The notes beneath the pieces were generated by a model. It was not told the origin of the DNA, made no database searches, and saw nothing but the letters and a program-made list of their open reading frames with translations. A stretch of DNA of 50,463 bases from a virus (Duplodnaviria; Caudoviricetes): the IMG/VR virus record IMGVR_UViG_3300029822_000480, positions 1 to 50,463 of that record; one strand, 5' to 3'. The position numbers were made by a program, and so were the translations under genes. The first letter of the stretch is position 1. Each line of letters starts with the position of its first letter. Below are positions 1 to 8,824 of the stretch, piece by piece.

Positions 1-737
1 CTCATTGTGTTAATTCTTAATAACGCATCATCTGTATCTTTTATTAAAGTATAAACAAATATTTTATATGGTTTTATACCCCTTAAACCAAGTTCTTCGG
101 TTACTTTAATAATAGGCTCTAATTGAGTAATTGTGTCGCAAGCAAACCTTATATGTTTAATCCACTTTACCTTAGAAAGCAGGTCTAATATATACTTATC
201 TTTTGAAGCTATTCTTACATCTAACCCTTGATTGAAATCAACTCTAATACCAAGTTTTACTATTTTTTCTATTTGTTGCAACCCGAAATTCGAAGATAAA
301 ACATTATTATCTAACAAGATAGCTTTCTTTTTGTTTGATATAAACTCTTCTATATCTGCATTGTTTGTTATTTTACCTTCTTTTATGGGAACAATACACC
401 ATTGGCATTTATTGGGGCATCCTCTCGTTAGAAAGCCATAAGCAGTATCGCTATTGTATAAATTATAATCAGGGCATATATGTTCTATTTCATTAGGTAA
501 ATTTGTTGTGTAATCTTTATATCCCGTTCCTGCTTTAATTACTTCGCAATTATATATTTCAGTATCATCAGGAGTAAAAGTAAATACCTTGCTCTTATAT
601 ACTCTGTCATAGTCCTGAAACATAGCATTAGCAAATTCTACCTTATCCCCTTGTTGTTTATGATAAGCCGATAATTTCATTAAAGCTAAATTAGGGAATC
701 CATTGTGTCCATCTACTGGTAATAATCCTATTTTCAT
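1..737 (-). CDS. Radical SAM protein, second diverged copy, truncated by the window edge
   Basis: ATG at 737 reads MKIGLLPVDGHNGFPNLALMKLSAYHK...TRGCPNKCQWC. It is collinear with 819-1697 at a constant 960-nt offset and keeps the CxxxCxxC motif. It is absent from the ORF track because it runs off the edge. Confidence 0.9.
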   Translation of the reverse strand, partial: MKIGLLPVDGHNGFPNLALMKLSAYHKQQGDKVEFANAMFQDYDRVYKSKVFTFTPDDTEIYNCEVIKAGTGYKDYTTNLPNEIEHICPDYNLYNSDTAYGFLTRGCPNKCQWCIVPIKEGKITNNADIEEFISNKKKAILLDNNVLSSNFGLQQIEKIVKLGIRVDFNQGLDVRIASKDKYILDLLSKVKWIKHIRFACDTITQLEPIIKVTEELGLRGIKPYKIFVYTLIKDTDDALLRINTM

Positions 738-750
738 TTTCTTCTTTTAC

Positions 751-819
751 TTCATTTTGTTTGTTTTTTTTGGTTATTAATTATGCAAAAGTATATATGT
801 TTATTATGTTATTCCAAAT
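751..819. repeat. 69-bp exact direct repeat of the window end (50395-50463)
   Basis: TTCATTTTGTTTGTTTTTTTTGGTTATTAATTATGCAAAAGTATATATGTTTATTATGTTATTCCAAAT is identical at both places. Confidence 0.95.
786..793 (-). promoter_or_regulatory. Bacteroidota -7 promoter element (TACTTTTG)
   Basis: Matches the TAnnTTTG consensus, is intergenic and lies upstream of minus-strand genes; the same element is at 50430-50437. Confidence 0.65.
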
Positions 820-1697
820 TATTTATATTCATTAAAATTAACTGAATTAAAAATCGCCTTATGATTACACCAACGAGCAATTTTTTTTTGCTCAATAGTT
901 GGTTCAATTAAGTTCTCAAAATCTCGATACGGTTGAGCGAATGGAGTAACACCAATTTTTTTTAAACTATTTAATCTAATTAAAGCGTCTTCTGTTTCTT
1001 TAATTAGAGTATAAACAAATATACGATAAGGCTTTATACCTTTTATTGAAAGTTCTTCTGTAACTCTTATAATTGGTTCAAGCTGAGATAAAGAATCACA
1101 AGCAAACCTTATATGTCTAATCCATTTAACTTTAGATAATAGTTCTAATATATATTTATCTTTATCTGCAATTCGTACATCTAAGCCTTGATTAAAATCA
1201 ACTTTAATACCAAGCCGTACTATTTTTTCTATTTGATTTATCCCATAATCAGAAGCAATAACATTGTTATCAAGCAATATTGCTTGTTTTTTGTCTGATA
1301 AAAACTCTTCAATATCTGCATTTGGTCTTAATTTCCCTTCTTTAGTCGGAACAATACACCATTGACAGTTATTAATACAACCTCTTGTCAAAAAACCATA
1401 AGCAGTATCGCTATTATATAAATTATAATCAGGACAGATATGTTCAATTTCATAAGGTAAAATTGTGGTATAATCTTTATATCCAGTTCCTGCTTTTACC
1501 ACCTCACAATTATATATTTCAGTATCATCAGGAGTAAATGTAAATACTTTACTCTTATAAACTATATCATAGTCCTGAAACATAGCATTAGCAAATTCAA
1601 CACTATGTCCTTGTTTTTTATGATATGCAGATAATTTCATCAAAGCCAAATTAGGGAATTTACTATGCCCATCAACATTAATTAATCCTATTTTCAT
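819..1697 (-). CDS. Radical SAM protein
   Basis: TRGCINNCQWC (CxxxCxxC), LLDNN and DFNQGLD motifs; the N-terminal PNLALMKLSAYHK is typical of phage radical SAM proteins. Confidence 0.9.
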   Translation of the reverse strand: MKIGLINVDGHSKFPNLALMKLSAYHKKQGHSVEFANAMFQDYDIVYKSKVFTFTPDDTEIYNCEVVKAGTGYKDYTTILPYEIEHICPDYNLYNSDTAYGFLTRGCINNCQWCIVPTKEGKLRPNADIEEFLSDKKQAILLDNNVIASDYGINQIEKIVRLGIKVDFNQGLDVRIADKDKYILELLSKVKWIRHIRFACDSLSQLEPIIRVTEELSIKGIKPYRIFVYTLIKETEDALIRLNSLKKIGVTPFAQPYRDFENLIEPTIEQKKIARWCNHKAIFNSVNFNEYK

Positions 1698-1706
1698 TTT
1701 CTTCTT

Positions 1707-2045
1707 TTACTTCATTTTGTTTTGTTTTTGTTTTTGTTTTAATTTCTTTTCGCAAGCTATAAAATATTGTCTTGCTTGTTTTCCTTTATCGCTACGTTGC
1801 AACATAGATATTTCTTTTGCACAATCAAGGGTTAAGGCATAGTCGGTTTTATATGTTCCCCCTATCCCATTTGATGCTTTAAGAAAAATCTGAACCGCCT
1901 CAGAATCAACACTTTGATTAAATCCATATTCCAACATCCTTTCTATCCATTGTGTAAAATGGTCTTTGATTTCTAAAAACTCGTGGAGTTCTCTTGCAGA
2001 AACTAATTGTTGTCCGTCTTTTTCGGTTATTTTTATAAGTTCCAT
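1707..2045 (-). CDS. AntA/AntB-type antirepressor N-terminal domain (short, probably truncated)
   Basis: VSARELHEFLE...DYALTLDCAKEISM...GKQARQYFIACEK is the AntA/AntB signature; it ends in a low-complexity KQKQKQNKMK tail. Confidence 0.85.
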   Translation of the reverse strand: MELIKITEKDGQQLVSARELHEFLEIKDHFTQWIERMLEYGFNQSVDSEAVQIFLKASNGIGGTYKTDYALTLDCAKEISMLQRSDKGKQARQYFIACEKKLKQKQKQNKMK

Positions 2046-2052
2046 AATACTA

Positions 2053-2115
2053 TTATTTATTTGGTTTCTTTCTTTCTTCCCTAATCTTTTCTACTATTCT
2101 TTTTCTCTCATTCAT
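2053..2115 (-). pseudogene. 5' fragment of an XRE HTH gene (MNERKRIVEKIREERKKPNK*)
   Basis: Nearly identical to the start of the HTH ORF at 46554 (MNERKRIGERIREERKKKG) but stops after 20 codons. Confidence 0.8.
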
Positions 2116-2135
2116 TTCTAAAAATCTTTTGAATT
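2065..2135. repeat. ~71-bp imperfect direct repeat of 46504-46574 (31-bp identical core 2105-2135 = 46544-46574)
   Basis: CTCTCATTCATTTCTAAAAATCTTTTGAATT is identical in both; the left flank matches with a few substitutions. Confidence 0.9.
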
Positions 2136-2626
2136 TCTTGTTGCTCTTCTAATGTCTTAATGGTTGCTTCAAGTAATTTAAACGCATAATCAGTAGTTTC
2201 TTTTCCATTTTTCTCAACCATTTTTAAATAGTTGTTTTGGTTATGCTGCTGTGTCTCTCGTAGTAATGCAATTTGGTTTTTAATAGATAAATCATTTTCC
2301 GTATCAAAAATCTCTTCAATAACGTGCATTAGCTTTTTAAATCCCTTCTTAAGTAAGGTTTTCACACGTTGTTTTTGCTCGTTAGTAAGGCAAAAAACAA
2401 AAAGATAATCTTCAATCTTTAATACAATATTATTGCTCTTCCCTCTATATTTGAAAACGTCAAAACTATCTTCAATCATGTTGAAAGCATCATCATCTCT
2501 AACAGAAAAAGCCTTAGCAATAAAGCCAACTTCCTTATCCAAACAAACAACGTATTCATAAGGATAAGCCTCTGTTAATGTCCTATCAATAATAAACAAT
2601 GGGTAATTTCTTTTCTTGTTTTGCAT
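2108..2626 (-). CDS. Hypothetical protein
   Basis: 172-aa ORF in the operon; no motif recognised. Confidence 0.7.
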   Translation of the reverse strand: MQNKKRNYPLFIIDRTLTEAYPYEYVVCLDKEVGFIAKAFSVRDDDAFNMIEDSFDVFKYRGKSNNIVLKIEDYLFVFCLTNEQKQRVKTLLKKGFKKLMHVIEEIFDTENDLSIKNQIALLRETQQHNQNNYLKMVEKNGKETTDYAFKLLEATIKTLEEQQEIQKIFRNE

Positions 2627-2655
2627 ACGCTATATTTCTTTTGAATTATTATCTT

Positions 2656-3252
2656 TTATTCCCATGATTTTGAAAAATCTTGATCCTTGAATGCTTCTGC
2701 TAATCCTGTTATTTGTTTTAATCTTAAAACTTCATCTGCATCCATTCCTAACTCAATGCCTATTCTTGCATTAGTCCAATTATGTTTTTTTAGCATTGTT
2801 ACAAGTTTAGCTGATAATTCAACTTGGTGCGTTCCCCTTGCCATATTGTGCCTTACCGTGGAAGTAATTCTATCCTCTATTTTTTTATTTAATCTTGATA
2901 CTGGTACATATCCATGCAAACTTTCATTAATTTGCTTGTCATGCTGAATTACAGTAGTTCTATGAAATCCATCTACAACAGTATAAGGATATTTTTTATT
3001 CTCAGGAGTATCACAAACAACTACTGGCATTGTTACACCATCTTTGCTAATAGATAGTTTTAATAGTTTCATTTCAGGAGGGGCAACTGAATTAGGGTTA
3101 TAATCATTTCCAATTACTTTGTTTGCCTTTACTAATTGCACATTAAGAGATGGGTGATTAATTCCCAACCAATCATATAATTCTTGAGTAATTTGATTAA
3201 AAACATCTACTTTTTCATCAAATGGCATTTCTTTTAATAAATCTTCTATCAT
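2656..3252 (-). CDS. ParB/Srx-fold protein, IbrB/YbdM-like
   Basis: NDYNPNSVAPPEMKLLKLSI..DG, VVDGFHR and STVRHNMARG motifs, with a C-terminal HTH. Confidence 0.9.
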   Translation of the reverse strand: MIEDLLKEMPFDEKVDVFNQITQELYDWLGINHPSLNVQLVKANKVIGNDYNPNSVAPPEMKLLKLSISKDGVTMPVVVCDTPENKKYPYTVVDGFHRTTVIQHDKQINESLHGYVPVSRLNKKIEDRITSTVRHNMARGTHQVELSAKLVTMLKKHNWTNARIGIELGMDADEVLRLKQITGLAEAFKDQDFSKSWE

Positions 3253-4454
3253 AATTCTTCGTTATATCTTGTTATCATTTCAATTTGTTTTTCCATTTCT
3301 CTCTTGGTTTGTGCAAAAGAAAGTCCTTTACACCAATAATCATTTTTTAGTAATACTTTACATATTCTTCTCCAGGAAGGAACTTTTTTTGAAGCTTCTT
3401 TTTTTGGATCATCATAGTCAGGAATTATTTTAATACCTTCATTTTCCCACCAAGCTAAGAACTTATCTATTTTTATTTGATAATGTTCTGCTAAATAAGG
3501 TGGCATAGTGCTAAGTAAAAACTTTGCATAAGATTCATAAGTATGACCTTTTGGAAGGTTTACTTTATAATTTCCAAGTGTTGTTCTGTCGTTTTCTGTG
3601 TATCTATTGCCAAAGTTTGCTCCTTCGACTCTATTTACAACTTTTGCCCAAGTTTCAGGCTCCAATATTTTGAAAAGATATAAGCCTTGTCGCTGATCAT
3701 CACCATAAGGCTGACATAGTCTTTGTTTAGATAATGAAACGCCTGCAAGATGCATTATATCATAAATCTTATTGTATTGCCACCCAAACTTTCCATTAGC
3801 TCTCCATATATCTTCTACTCTCCAATCATATATTGGATAACAATTATATATTTGAGAATTATCTTTTGGAAAAAGTTTTGTTGTCCATTGTAGATTATCA
3901 AGAGTTATTTTAGTATCACTCTTAATTGTCCTAAATCTATTTAAACTTTCATCTGAACGAATTCCAACACAACAAGCCGTCTTTTTGCCTTGTGAAAACC
4001 ATTTAGCAAATTCAGGTACAAATTCTTCAAATTCCATTCCTTCTAAAAAGAAAGGGAAGTAATTTTTATCTGAAACAACATACTTATTTTTTGGAATTTG
4101 CCTTACCCAAGCATCTTTCTTTGTTTCATCCCAACAAAGCCAATGGGGCTGAAATTGAGATACTGCATTTCTTAAGTGAATAGGCAAACATACCCACCAG
4201 CCTTGAACTTCAGGTCTATTAAAAGTATAGTGAGTAAAATCAATTGCATGTTTATATTGTGCTTCAAAATCTATATATAATATATTTACTGGTAATTTGT
4301 TTAATCTTCTTGCTACTTCTATTGCTAAGTTAAGTAAAACTCCACTATCTTTACCGTTTGAAAAAGAAATACAAACTCTTTCAAAATTAGTAAATATATA
4401 TTCATATCTTTCTAGTGCAGAAGTATAAACGTCTTTATTTAGATATGTTTTCAT
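3249..4454 (-). CDS. PAPS-reductase-family PP-loop protein, IbrA/YbdN (DUF3440)-like
   Basis: SFSNGKDS PP-loop, VGIRSDESLNRF, YPIYDW, QRLCQPYG and C-terminal PSWRRICK..LKNDYWCK.LSF. Confidence 0.9.
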   Translation of the reverse strand: MKTYLNKDVYTSALERYEYIFTNFERVCISFSNGKDSGVLLNLAIEVARRLNKLPVNILYIDFEAQYKHAIDFTHYTFNRPEVQGWWVCLPIHLRNAVSQFQPHWLCWDETKKDAWVRQIPKNKYVVSDKNYFPFFLEGMEFEEFVPEFAKWFSQGKKTACCVGIRSDESLNRFRTIKSDTKITLDNLQWTTKLFPKDNSQIYNCYPIYDWRVEDIWRANGKFGWQYNKIYDIMHLAGVSLSKQRLCQPYGDDQRQGLYLFKILEPETWAKVVNRVEGANFGNRYTENDRTTLGNYKVNLPKGHTYESYAKFLLSTMPPYLAEHYQIKIDKFLAWWENEGIKIIPDYDDPKKEASKKVPSWRRICKVLLKNDYWCKGLSFAQTKREMEKQIEMITRYNEEL

Positions 4455-5656
4455 AATACTTGTTTTAATTCTTCCTTAGTCTTTCCTTTAAAGTACTCAA
4501 CCATTCCTATTTTCTTGTGAATATTTCTATCTATTAGCATTTCAAGCCCTACATTGCCTGTCAAGTCAAAGTATTTACAATCTAATTCTTGTCCTGTTCT
4601 CCAGGTTCTTCTACTTGACTGGGTTCTGAGGTAGTAATCCCAAACCTTGTCAAAATAGATTGTATTATTATAGTCTTGCAAATTTAATCCTAATGAATCT
4701 TTTTGATACGATAGAACCAAGGATTTTGGAAATCTCTTTTTACATTCCTCTTGTGAAAGAATATATTTACAAAATATAATAGTCTTACTTTTGTCTATCT
4801 CCAAAAATAAATCATCCAAAATATCAAATTTTTCTTGAGTGCAACAATAAGAATGTTGCATTTTCTGTGTCATCTCAAGGAAAATATTATTATTCTTCCA
4901 CTGCAACATCTCATCATCAAGATATCTTTCTTTCAAATATTGATATTCCTCCATTGATTGCTCATCAAGTGAATAATTAACATTTCTGTATGATTGCTTA
5001 ACTTCCAAATTCAAATCACATTCATAGATATAGTGATGAATTAATGAATATAAGTAATCTATATTCTCATAGCCTGTAATGTATTCCTTAGTATATTGCT
5101 TATAACCACCAAATCGCTTAGTTACTGTTGTGTAGTCGCAGAATGTGTTTTTAAATTCTACTAATTGCATATTTAGAATTTTAGGGCTCAGAAATTCCAT
5201 TTGCGACCATAAGTCTAATAGATTCTTACTTAGTGGAGTTCCATTAAGAATTAGCTTATATTCGCATAGATTTGAAAAGTCAAGCAGTCGTTTAGTTCGC
5301 TTTGCGTCAAAGTTCTTAATCTTTATGCTTTCGTCGCATATAAGAAAAGGATTCTTTGCCTTTTCAATCCTATCTCTTAACTCCAAGTAAATTCTATCGC
5401 TTGCCTGGATGCTTTCAATCCCGTAATAACATACTTCTGAATTAAATCCTCCCCATTTTGATACTTCATTAATAACATTCCCAGTAGTAATGGTTTTCAA
5501 TGGAGCAATCCAAACGACCAAGTCAACATCTTTAACAGAATTAACCAGTTCCAAAGCTACTCGAGTTTTACCTGCTCCTGCTTCCATAAACAAAGCTCCC
5601 ACTTTAAACTCAAGTAGCTTTTCAAATGCCTGTTGTTGATTGTTTAATAAGCTCAT
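4451..5656 (-). CDS. SNF2-family (SF2) helicase/ATPase
   Basis: LFMEAGAGKT Walker A, ICDES Walker B, LNGTP motif III, GLNLQ and QSSRRTWRTGQ motifs V/VI. Confidence 0.85.
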   Translation of the reverse strand: MSLLNNQQQAFEKLLEFKVGALFMEAGAGKTRVALELVNSVKDVDLVVWIAPLKTITTGNVINEVSKWGGFNSEVCYYGIESIQASDRIYLELRDRIEKAKNPFLICDESIKIKNFDAKRTKRLLDFSNLCEYKLILNGTPLSKNLLDLWSQMEFLSPKILNMQLVEFKNTFCDYTTVTKRFGGYKQYTKEYITGYENIDYLYSLIHHYIYECDLNLEVKQSYRNVNYSLDEQSMEEYQYLKERYLDDEMLQWKNNNIFLEMTQKMQHSYCCTQEKFDILDDLFLEIDKSKTIIFCKYILSQEECKKRFPKSLVLSYQKDSLGLNLQDYNNTIYFDKVWDYYLRTQSSRRTWRTGQELDCKYFDLTGNVGLEMLIDRNIHKKIGMVEYFKGKTKEELKQVL

Positions 5657-5658
5657 GA

Positions 5659-6003
5659 TTAAATAAACTCAACCTCAATGTCTGAAAATTCAATAATAGA
5701 CCCATTATTTAATCCTTCTAATAAACTTTCTCCCTTGTATTCTTTAGTAGCAAGGAATAATTTATTCCAATCTTCTGTAATTACTATATTATGAATAATA
5801 TATTCCTGTCCTTTATACATTACTTTTTTCCCTAAGAACGAATTTCTATATTTTCCAAATTCTTCCCAGTCGTGAGAATAAAAATATTCATTTAATTGAG
5901 AAAGGATTCCTTTATTTAAACCAAGCTCTTTTCTTCTTTCTCTTATTTTCTCTCTGAATATTTCAGTTACTTCTTTGTCTATTTCTCCAGCTAAACTTCT
6001 CAT
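5659..6003 (-). CDS. Hypothetical protein
   Basis: 114-aa ORF tightly packed in the operon. Confidence 0.65.
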   Translation of the reverse strand: MRSLAGEIDKEVTEIFREKIRERRKELGLNKGILSQLNEYFYSHDWEEFGKYRNSFLGKKVMYKGQEYIIHNIVITEDWNKLFLATKEYKGESLLEGLNNGSIIEFSDIEVEFI

Positions 6004-6009
6004 AGTGCA

Positions 6010-6330
6010 TTATTTTACTAATTCTTTTATTATATTATTATCTACTTTTTCTTTTTTCTCCGCTTTATGTTTGGTTATAGTAAATGTTGGTAACATTCTA
6101 CCATTTTCATCAAACCAAGCTTCTTTTTTTGTTGAATATTGAAGTTCTTTTTTCTCTAATATCCATGCTGCAATCCAGTATGCATTAGATTTTTGAACTT
6201 CGTAATCATGCCCGAATACGCATGATTTGGGTAGTATATCAGAACTCCCATCAAATGAAGTTGCTTTATAAGCCTTGTCAGATATACTAACAAGGCTTTG
6301 AAGTCTTACGGAAAAACATTTAGTTTTCAT
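6010..6330 (-). CDS. Hypothetical phage protein, first gene of the operon
   Basis: 106-aa ORF downstream of the promoter at 6391. Confidence 0.75.
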   Translation of the reverse strand: MKTKCFSVRLQSLVSISDKAYKATSFDGSSDILPKSCVFGHDYEVQKSNAYWIAAWILEKKELQYSTKKEAWFDENGRMLPTFTITKHKAEKKEKVDNNIIKELVK

Positions 6331-6390
6331 TTTATTTATACACCTATAACCCTGAGTGTGCGGTTTTAATTATTTGAATTATTTATGATG

Positions 6391-6398
6391 CAAAGATA
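6391..6398 (-). promoter_or_regulatory. Bacteroidota -7 promoter element (TATCTTTG) for the SNF2/IbrAB operon
   Basis: TAnnTTTG in the intergenic gap, ~60 nt before the ATG at 6330. Confidence 0.7.
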
Positions 6399-6519
6399 CA
6401 ACATTATTTGATACGTACCAAATTATTTCACATTTATTTTGCGTATTTAACTTTATTTAACTTTGTCTAATTTATAAGCTATTGAAATAATGTGCGTTGC
6501 ACATTTCAATACGACACAT

Positions 6520-6547
6520 AAAAAAAGAGTGCCATTTATGACACTCT
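6520..6547 (-). terminator. Rho-independent terminator ending the lysis/late operon
   Basis: Minus strand AGAGTGTCATAAATGGCACTCT hairpin followed by a T-run. Confidence 0.75.
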
Positions 6548-6591
6548 AAAAAACAACTATTGAGAATGTTGTTTGAGTATTCAATGTTTCT

Positions 6592-7173
6592 TTATTTAAT
6601 CTCAATGTATTTTTGATAGGTAAATTTAGTCTTTGGGTTCTTACTTATAATTGTTTGCTCAATTGCTTTAGTTCCCCACTTGAAAAACCACCACTTCTTA
6701 GGCACTCTCGAGACGAATTGTATTAGAGTATCAGTATTACTATAATTAAGACTTAAACTATCATTTCTTATACAACCCTTCATCTCCATAAATTCATCGT
6801 TATAATTAAAGCATTTAAGAGTATCATATATAATTATACTGTCTTTTATTCTTACTATAATCGTATCTGATGTATTAGTTCCAAGTTCAGTGATAGAGTT
6901 TATCCTCCCTTCTTTTATTCCTGCCTCCTTAGCCTCTTTTATTAGCCTTTGGTAATATTCCTTTGCAGAGGATAAATTAAGCGTGAGAGCGTTTATTTTA
7001 GTCGCATTTAGACTATCTTTTACTTTAAATAAGGTATTGGACTTAATTAATACGTCTTGATTATTTTCTAACCTTGCTTTTTCTTGTTTAAGATTTGAGC
7101 AAGATTTAATTGAAACTCCTAATGCTATTGATAATATTAGGATTATTGCTGCTATTATTATATACTTTTTCAT
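6592..7173 (-). CDS. Putative spanin/Rz-like lysis membrane protein
   Basis: Likely start MKKYIIIAA with a hydrophobic N-terminal helix, SIKSC, then a coiled coil; last gene of the lysis cassette. Confidence 0.55.
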   Translation of the reverse strand: MKKYIIIAAIILILSIALGVSIKSCSNLKQEKARLENNQDVLIKSNTLFKVKDSLNATKINALTLNLSSAKEYYQRLIKEAKEAGIKEGRINSITELGTNTSDTIIVRIKDSIIIYDTLKCFNYNDEFMEMKGCIRNDSLSLNYSNTDTLIQFVSRVPKKWWFFKWGTKAIEQTIISKNPKTKFTYQKYIEIK

Positions 7174-7183
7174 ATTATTTGTT

Positions 7184-7729
7184 TTAAGTTGTCTCAAAAA
7201 TAAATGGTTGTTTAACAAATGGAGAAAAATGTTCTGCTACTTCTAATGCTTGTCTTATTTTATTTTCTGTTGGTATTTTTTTATCTCTAAGAAGATACAT
7301 ACAACCTAATGCAAAATCAGAACCACATCCAACACTATTAAATTCATCGTAAGTTTCGCCTACTTGAAAGTCATTATCAATAATAAATAATCTATCTTCA
7401 TATCCAACAAGAAATTGACCTCCTGTTTCTTCTCCAGTTTGTTCTTTTTGTAAAAATCCACCTTTACTAAAGCATTCTCTTACTGCATCAATAAAATCGG
7501 TACACATATATTCATATATATCTTTTTTATTTATTTCAGGTAATACAAGAGAAAACCTTAATAGTTGTATCATTCTAAAAGAAGAAGTACATCCAATTAC
7601 AAAACTTCCTTTTTTAAAAACTTTTGTGTCTTTCCTTGAAGAGATAAAATAATTTGTTGAAGATAAAGAATCTCCTCCTATAATTACTTTGTTTGATTTT
7701 TTATCAATCATTCCTACAATACAAGTCAT
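7184..7729 (-). CDS. Ntn-hydrolase (HslV/proteasome-beta-like) protein
   Basis: Begins M-T-C-I-V-G...IGGDS (N-terminal Thr nucleophile), with downstream K (DTKVF) and SVGCGSDFALG motifs. Confidence 0.75.
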   Translation of the reverse strand: MTCIVGMIDKKSNKVIIGGDSLSSTNYFISSRKDTKVFKKGSFVIGCTSSFRMIQLLRFSLVLPEINKKDIYEYMCTDFIDAVRECFSKGGFLQKEQTGEETGGQFLVGYEDRLFIIDNDFQVGETYDEFNSVGCGSDFALGCMYLLRDKKIPTENKIRQALEVAEHFSPFVKQPFIFETT

Positions 7730-7731
7730 AT

Positions 7732-7854
7732 CTATTTTTTTTGTTCTTTTAATAATCTATCTATCTTTTGGGATGCCTTAACAATCGAGAAGAAATAAGC
7801 AATCTGTCTTAAATCTTCTGGTGTAAGGTCATAATCTCCTAATTTCTTTTTCAT
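7732..7854 (-). CDS. Small hypothetical protein (40 aa)
   Basis: MKKKLGDYDLTPEDLRQIAYFFSIVKASQKIDRLLKEQKK*; it fills the gap between the endolysin and the Ntn gene. Confidence 0.5.
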   Translation of the reverse strand: MKKKLGDYDLTPEDLRQIAYFFSIVKASQKIDRLLKEQKK

Positions 7855-7866
7855 ATCTTATTTTCA

Positions 7867-8292
7867 CTACATCCTAATATAACTTGCTTTGCCATTAATG
7901 GTTTTACACCTTAAAACTTCTCTTCTGTTCCTTCCATATTTTGAAACAGAAACGTGAACCCATGCAGGTTCTCTATCAGTTCCATATTCCCAAATCAATT
8001 GGTCGAACTTTCCCTGCTGTCTTATGATTTCAAACAACTTCTTATTATCGTAGCAAGTTAAATCAGCTGCTTCTCCTTTCAAATGTTGGCTTGTCAAACT
8101 TCCTCCAACAGCTCTATTTACTTCAGAATTTCTGAAACCACTACTAACTGTAATAGGCTTTCTTAATTTTTCTCTTGCTGGGTCGAGAATTAAATCTACC
8201 AAAAATTCTAAATTCTCAACTTCCTTCATTGTAGGAGTATTTTTAATCGGTTTGTTTGTCCGTGTCAATTCATCTAAAGTAAAATATTTCAT
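7867..8292 (-). CDS. Endolysin, peptidase M15A family
   Basis: SSGFR, SQH..GEAAD and WVHVS zinc-binding motifs; adjacent to the holin. Confidence 0.9.
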   Translation of the reverse strand: MKYFTLDELTRTNKPIKNTPTMKEVENLEFLVDLILDPAREKLRKPITVSSGFRNSEVNRAVGGSLTSQHLKGEAADLTCYDNKKLFEIIRQQGKFDQLIWEYGTDREPAWVHVSVSKYGRNRREVLRCKTINGKASYIRM

Positions 8293-8303
8293 TTGCTATC
8301 TTA

Positions 8304-8813
8304 TTAATTTGTTTTACCATATTTCTTATTATCTTCTTCCTCTTGCTCTTTTTTCAATTGGTCAATATCAATGTCAATATCAAAGTGTCTTTTCGTTTTA
8401 TCCATAAGAACCTTTTGAAGCAATCTTGCCCACCAAGCATTGTTGCAAGAACTTTCGTTTTCTAAAACCGAAATTAACTGAATAAAGCAAAATAAAGCAG
8501 CCACATACTTAGTTACATCAAAAGCTAAGTCCTTAAGGATATTCTTCTCAATAAACCATATAATTAATATTACTCCATAGACTTTCCCTATTGTGTATAT
8601 AACTTTTAATGCTTTTTTGCTTTCTAATTTGCCTGTTACATAATTAGGGAACTTCTTCTTTATCCTTCTGTTTAAGTTGTAGGCAGATAGACAATCAAGA
8701 GTAATTACAGCTACAATGCCGTAAAAAAAGTTTAATGTAGGCTCAATGAATGACACGAATGCCATTGCTACAGCGATTAAGTACTTAAAAATAGTTCCTT
8801 GCATAATAATCAT
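8304..8813 (-). CDS. Holin (phage holin family 4-like)
   Basis: Several hydrophobic segments, IQLISVLEN motif and a charged C-terminus; upstream of the endolysin. The start (8813 or 8804) is uncertain. Confidence 0.75.
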   Translation of the reverse strand: MIIMQGTIFKYLIAVAMAFVSFIEPTLNFFYGIVAVITLDCLSAYNLNRRIKKKFPNYVTGKLESKKALKVIYTIGKVYGVILIIWFIEKNILKDLAFDVTKYVAALFCFIQLISVLENESSCNNAWWARLLQKVLMDKTKRHFDIDIDIDQLKKEQEEEDNKKYGKTN

Positions 8814-8824
8814 AAGTTTTAAAA

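Noticed and set aside
751-819. 69-bp repeat as prophage attL/attR
   Set aside because: The flanking DNA at 1-750 is a phage gene paralogue rather than host sequence, and no integrase is present. Circularity or tandem duplication explains it better.
6480-6511. Second hairpin (ATTGAAAT-AATGTGC-GTT-GCACATT-TCAAT) as an ncRNA
   Set aside because: It is short, lies just past the lysis terminator and has no other support.
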